From the IMG/VR virus record IMGVR_UViG_3300025398_000077, positions 1 to 27,458 of that record: 27,458 nucleotides of DNA; one strand, written 5' to 3'. The position numbers were made by a program, and so were the translations under genes. Source of the stretch: a virus (lineage: Duplodnaviria; Caudoviricetes). The first letter of the stretch is position 1. Every line of letters starts with the position of its first letter. The notes under the pieces are model-generated. The model was not told where the DNA came from. It did no database searches and saw nothing but the letters and a program-made list of their open reading frames with translations. Positions 23,380-27,458 of the stretch are shown here, piece after piece.

Positions 23380-25625
23380 TATGACCTCACGGGGTACGGG
23401 TCGAGTGTGTAGGTGGTGTGGAAGTAGCCAGGCTCAGCCTGAAACTCGTGCTCGATGCTCTCGATAGCCATCTGCAGATTCACCACGCCGGCTCCGGCAG
23501 CGTTCGGCATCGTGCGCTTAAAGGTCACAACGTCGCCGAAGTTCACGGACAACTGCAGGCTCACGTTCGCACCGTTGCCGGTCTCGCTCATCAGCCGGAC
23601 GCTGTTCACTCGGGGCAGTGGGCCACGGAAGATGTAACCGAGGAAGTACGCCGCCGAGAGTGCGTCGTTGAGCGAGGTGGAGACCGTCGAGGACTTGCTC
23701 AGGGTCGAGAAGCCCCATCGGTTCTCGGCTGAGGTGTTCTCGTAGATTTGGTCTACGCCGGACTGTGGGGTGATGCGCACCGTTGTCCAGGTGTCGGCAT
23801 CGTCGAGCACCCAGTCCAGCGAGGTTGCGTCGTAGGCGTAGCCCGAGTTGTCATCGCTCAGCGTTCCCGAGGAGGAGAACGTGCGCGGTGTCCATGAGTA
23901 CGTCGGCGCGGCTGGTGGGGTGTTCGGGGTGAACGACCAGGTGCCGTAGTAGTTCTGCGTAAAGAAGTGCAGCGATCCGTCAGGCCACTGGAAGAACGAG
24001 CCAATGTCGGTGTCCGTCACCTGCTGAATCAAGTCCAGCGCCGTCGAGGTGGTCACGGGGCTATCCCAGTAGTAGGGCTCGACTGCTGCGTAGCCGTTGC
24101 TCGATGAGCCTGCGACGTAGGCGTTCGTACTCTGGTAGGCGTTCGAGATGAGCAGGGTGTTCGGCAGGTAGCTTGAGCTCGTCGCCGTAGAGACCGTAGC
24201 GAGGGCGGAGATGCTGCCGCCGGTAATCGTGCCCATGCCTGCCAGGGTCAGAATCTCGGCGATGCGGTCGCCCGAGAGCACCTTGCTTGTCGTGACGGGG
24301 TAGCCCAGTTGCAGGAGCGTTCCGGCTCGGTAGCGCTGCTGAATTTCTTGGGGCAGGGTCGAGGTGCTGGCGTTGTTCGAGACCACGATTTCGTCGATTT
24401 GCCCGTTGTAGGAAGCCACGCCCGAGGCGTTAGCGCCGACGTAGAGCGACCCTGCGGCGAGTTGCGTCGAGGACAGCCCGAGGGAGTAGAACACGCCGTC
24501 GCAGTAGAGCTGGGGCACTGAGGAGGTGTTGCAGACGATGCCGACGTGATGCCAGTAGCCGTCGTTGACCATTGTGGCAGTTGCGGCGAGCACTCCCCCG
24601 ACCGTCGCGGTCAAGACACCGGCCTGCGTGATGGTCATGGTGATTATGTTGCCGCCCGAGTTCACCGTGAGGATGGAGTTGCCCTGCACCTGCTGGCCCA
24701 GAATCCAGAAGTCAACACCCGTGCAGAAGGACGGGGCGACGATTTGCAGGGTGGCTCCGGCGATGTTGGACGCGCCCGAGAGGTCTGCGCAGCCGTCGGT
24801 GTCGTAGATGATGACACCGTGCTGAGGGTAGGAGACCTGCCCGACGAACGACCCGTTTGACCCTGCAGGGCCGTAATCGTAGAGCGTAGTCAGGTAGGCG
24901 AGGCCGGTCGAGGTGCTGTCACCCGTAACGGACGCGGCGACGGTGAACGAGGTCGAGGTTGCGGCGGTGATGGTGGCGTTGGTCTGGTTGAGCGTGGTGA
25001 TACCGGCGAGGCCCTGAATCGTGACCACCTGCCCGACACTGAAGGTGTTCTGCGCCTGGTAGACGATGGTAGATCCGTTGCCGTGCGCCGAGGTGACGGT
25101 GACGGCGGAGTAGTTCGAGCACCGATACCATGAGCGCGTCGAGGCCGAGAGCGCGTAGCCCTTCCAGAACGAGGGGCGGTAGAGATACTTGAGGCTCAGG
25201 TACTTGGTCAGGTCTGAGGCTTCGATGTCGAGGTCGGAGTTGAGCTGGTCGGCGACCTTCTCCGTCACCGTGTCGATGATGCCCCAATACACAGAGTAAG
25301 AAATAGTATTGTAAGTGCCCATTATCGCAATAGGCAGGCGAGGGGCGATGACGGCGCTCTGCCCGTTGACTGAGGCGTTCGTAAAGAATCCGTCGCGGTT
25401 GTTGAGCGTCATCTTGAGCGTGGCGGCTTCCACGCGGTCGAGGTAGTGCTGCTTTCCCGTCTTGGTCGTGAAGTCTCGGACGTACTTGGACACGTTCGTC
25501 CAGTAGGTGTTCGATGCGCCCGAGGCAGGAAGCGCCTGCTGGTTCGCCGTCGCCAGGGTAGCGCCCGAGGCGGTCGGGTTGAAGGCAATCCAGATGTCAA
25601 AGGCAGGAAGCGTCGCGAGTGTCAA
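23379..25625 (-). CDS. minor tail protein with LamG/ConA-like domain
   Basis: VNDGYWHHV, LYCDG, YNGQIDEIVV LamG motifs; LNNRDG.F N-terminus; follows the TMP. Confidence 0.85.
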   Translation of the reverse strand: MTLATLPAFDIWIAFNPTASGATLATANQQALPASGASNTYWTNVSKYVRDFTTKTGKQHYLDRVEAATLKMTLNNRDGFFTNASVNGQSAVIAPRLPIAIMGTYNTISYSVYWGIIDTVTEKVADQLNSDLDIEASDLTKYLSLKYLYRPSFWKGYALSASTRSWYRCSNYSAVTVTSAHGNGSTIVYQAQNTFSVGQVVTIQGLAGITTLNQTNATITAATSTSFTVAASVTGDSTSTGLAYLTTLYDYGPAGSNGSFVGQVSYPQHGVIIYDTDGCADLSGASNIAGATLQIVAPSFCTGVDFWILGQQVQGNSILTVNSGGNIITMTITQAGVLTATVGGVLAATATMVNDGYWHHVGIVCNTSSVPQLYCDGVFYSLGLSSTQLAAGSLYVGANASGVASYNGQIDEIVVSNNASTSTLPQEIQQRYRAGTLLQLGYPVTTSKVLSGDRIAEILTLAGMGTITGGSISALATVSTATSSSYLPNTLLISNAYQSTNAYVAGSSSNGYAAVEPYYWDSPVTTSTALDLIQQVTDTDIGSFFQWPDGSLHFFTQNYYGTWSFTPNTPPAAPTYSWTPRTFSSSGTLSDDNSGYAYDATSLDWVLDDADTWTTVRITPQSGVDQIYENTSAENRWGFSTLSKSSTVSTSLNDALSAAYFLGYIFRGPLPRVNSVRLMSETGNGANVSLQLSVNFGDVVTFKRTMPNAAGAGVVNLQMAIESIEHEFQAEPGYFHTTYTLDPYPVRS

Positions 25626-25849
25626 TTCAGTCGCCTCTTAGTCGTGGGTGGCGCAGGCTTAGCCTGGGCGGTCGTGCCGTAGAGGTTCCCCATCCGGCGC
25701 ACGTCCTTCGTCTGGGCGTTTCGGACGTGCATGGCGAGGGCCTTAACGAAGGCAGGGTGCGTGGCTAGTTTCTGGGCGAGAAGGTCGAGGTCGAGCTCGA
25801 TGTTCCACTCGGTATTGTCGCCAGTTAGATCCGCGTCGAACTCAGCCAT
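25622..25849 (-). CDS. hypothetical protein
   Basis: TAATG-coupled to the TMP. Confidence 0.65.
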   Translation of the reverse strand: MAEFDADLTGDNTEWNIELDLDLLAQKLATHPAFVKALAMHVRNAQTKDVRRMGNLYGTTAQAKPAPPTTKRRLN

Positions 25850-27444
25850 TACTTGCCAATCGTTCCATGACCGCGCACGGTGACAGTCACCTTGTGCGTC
25901 GTCTTCTTAGGAGCCACTGGGGTCACGCCGAGCCCTGGCTTGTAGCCGTAGATGCCCTGTGAGCCGCCCAGCCCTCGGTCGTACATCGCCATCGCTCGCT
26001 CGTAGCCTGCGGAGTGGTTACCCTTTGTAAGACTAAGGAGCAGGTACTCAGCGACGAACGGGGCGGCTACGATACCGACTGCGGCTCCGAGGCTTGTGCC
26101 ACCGGCTGCTGCTGCGGCCCCCTCTGCGCCGAGGGCGACACCTGCGCCCGTGGTGGACGTTGCGGCGACTGTTCCGGCTTCCTCGGCTGCGACACCGACA
26201 CCGAACTTGGCTAGGACGCTTGAGAGGACTGCCCACAGTTTTACGCCGATAGAGGCGGCAAACAGGGCGATGGCGGTGTCTGAGGCGATTTTGGCGACGA
26301 GGGGGTGCGCCTTGAAATAGCCGATGAGCTCGTTGGCCCACTTCAGCACGTCGGCGACCTTCGGCAGAAGGTACTTGCCGGCTTCGATGAACAGCGCGTC
26401 CACCTGGGCCATGACAATCTTGAATTGCGGGCCAAGTTGCTTGACGGCCTCGGAGAAGCCCGACTGCAGGGAGCCCTTACCAGCGCCAGCGACTTTCTGC
26501 TGGATGGTGATAAACGACTGCAGGTTCTTGATTAGATCCGAAGCAGCGCCGCCACCGGACTTACCGAACACGGCGTTCACCATCTCGGACAACTTGGCAG
26601 CCGAGCCACCAGCCTGGTCTTTGATGTAGGCGAGCATCCCACCTATGTTGCCCTTGCGAAGGTCGGCGGCAAGGATGTTCTGGCTCAGGTCGGCTTCGTT
26701 GAGTTTCTTGATGTAGGACGTGGTGGGCTGTTCGAGGCTAGCGAAGCCACCAGCGAAGGCTGAGATGGACTTCGTGGGGAGGCCGACCTTAGCAAACTCA
26801 GCGCCCAGGGCGGTGACGGTAGAAAGGTTGAGCCCGTAGTTGGCAAGTGCCACACCGACGCGCCCCGAGAGCATGGATTCCTCAGCTTGGAGACCGCCAA
26901 CGAACTCACGCGAGCCTGCGACGAGTTTGCCGGTCAGGTCGTTGACGCTCATGCCCTTAGCGATTTGGAGCGACTGCGCGGCGACGATGGCTTTGGTGGT
27001 GTCAGCGACTGAGGCGTTCGTGACAACGGCGGCCTGCGCTGCGGCAGTCATTACGTCTATCGCTTTCGCCCCTCGGATGCCAGCCTGCTCGACGGTGAGG
27101 GCGGCGTTCGTTAAATCCGTGGTGCTCACGCCGGTCTTGGTCGAGATGCCGAGGATGGCCTTGCCAAGCTTGTCGGCTTGGTCGGCGGTGAGTCCTGCCT
27201 GGTTCTGCAGTTTGTCGAGCGATTCCTGGAAGGTGTAGGCCTTGTCGACGGCGTAGGCTCCCATAGCAGCGCCGATGCCCAGAACGGCGGTCGAGGCTGT
27301 GTTGGCGAACTTGTTCATCCTGCCGCCAGAGGCTTCAGCGATGCCGCCGAACTCCGCCATCTTTGCGCCGGCCTCGTCCATCTTCGCCATGTATTCACGG
27401 GTGTCCGCAAGAAGCGTGGCTACAACTGTTGGCAGCATCCCCAT
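25849..27444 (-). CDS. tape measure protein (short)
   Basis: Ala/Gly-rich helical protein; N-terminal VATLLADT; position upstream of the minor tail genes. Confidence 0.85.
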   Translation of the reverse strand: MGMLPTVVATLLADTREYMAKMDEAGAKMAEFGGIAEASGGRMNKFANTASTAVLGIGAAMGAYAVDKAYTFQESLDKLQNQAGLTADQADKLGKAILGISTKTGVSTTDLTNAALTVEQAGIRGAKAIDVMTAAAQAAVVTNASVADTTKAIVAAQSLQIAKGMSVNDLTGKLVAGSREFVGGLQAEESMLSGRVGVALANYGLNLSTVTALGAEFAKVGLPTKSISAFAGGFASLEQPTTSYIKKLNEADLSQNILAADLRKGNIGGMLAYIKDQAGGSAAKLSEMVNAVFGKSGGGAASDLIKNLQSFITIQQKVAGAGKGSLQSGFSEAVKQLGPQFKIVMAQVDALFIEAGKYLLPKVADVLKWANELIGYFKAHPLVAKIASDTAIALFAASIGVKLWAVLSSVLAKFGVGVAAEEAGTVAATSTTGAGVALGAEGAAAAAGGTSLGAAVGIVAAPFVAEYLLLSLTKGNHSAGYERAMAMYDRGLGGSQGIYGYKPGLGVTPVAPKKTTHKVTVTVRGHGTIGK

Positions 27445-27458
27445 TGTTCAGTCCTATT

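Noticed and set aside
4333-27238. Numerous + strand ORFs and alternate-frame - strand ORFs in the track
   Set aside because: They are shadow ORFs of GC-rich coding DNA that overlap well-supported - strand genes and lack RBSs or recognisable motifs.
1-27458. Stop-codon reassignment
   Set aside because: Genes tile densely under the standard code, and TAA, TAG and TGA all serve as stops.

Overview
This window is a 27.5-kb fragment of a tailed dsDNA phage genome. It is siphovirus-like and most likely infects Actinobacteria, given three WhiB genes and actinobacterial-style SSBs. A short + strand block (~280-3950) carries small early/accessory genes and a truncated beta-clamp homologue. It converges at a hairpin terminator with a long - strand block. 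That block runs, in transcription order, from tape measure, minor tail, lysis and tail fibre genes through a metallophosphoesterase and the recombination/replication genes (SSAP, SSB, WhiB, initiator with iterons, loader, HNH, VRR-NUC) to a variable paralogue cluster and a second Rep/resolvase/SSB/WhiB set. The most striking unexplained signal is four ~50-nt intergenic elements in the early block. They differ in sequence but fold identically into a tRNA lacking its anticodon arm (acceptor-like stem, GG-containing D-like hairpin, canonical T-arm, ACTA/GCGA tail). Each follows a stop codon and precedes a hairpin and a purine-rich RBS. Just downstream of the operon is a promoter-driven ~82-nt candidate sRNA whose exposed loop is complementary to that RBS motif. 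All product calls come from reading motifs by eye; no database searches were run.
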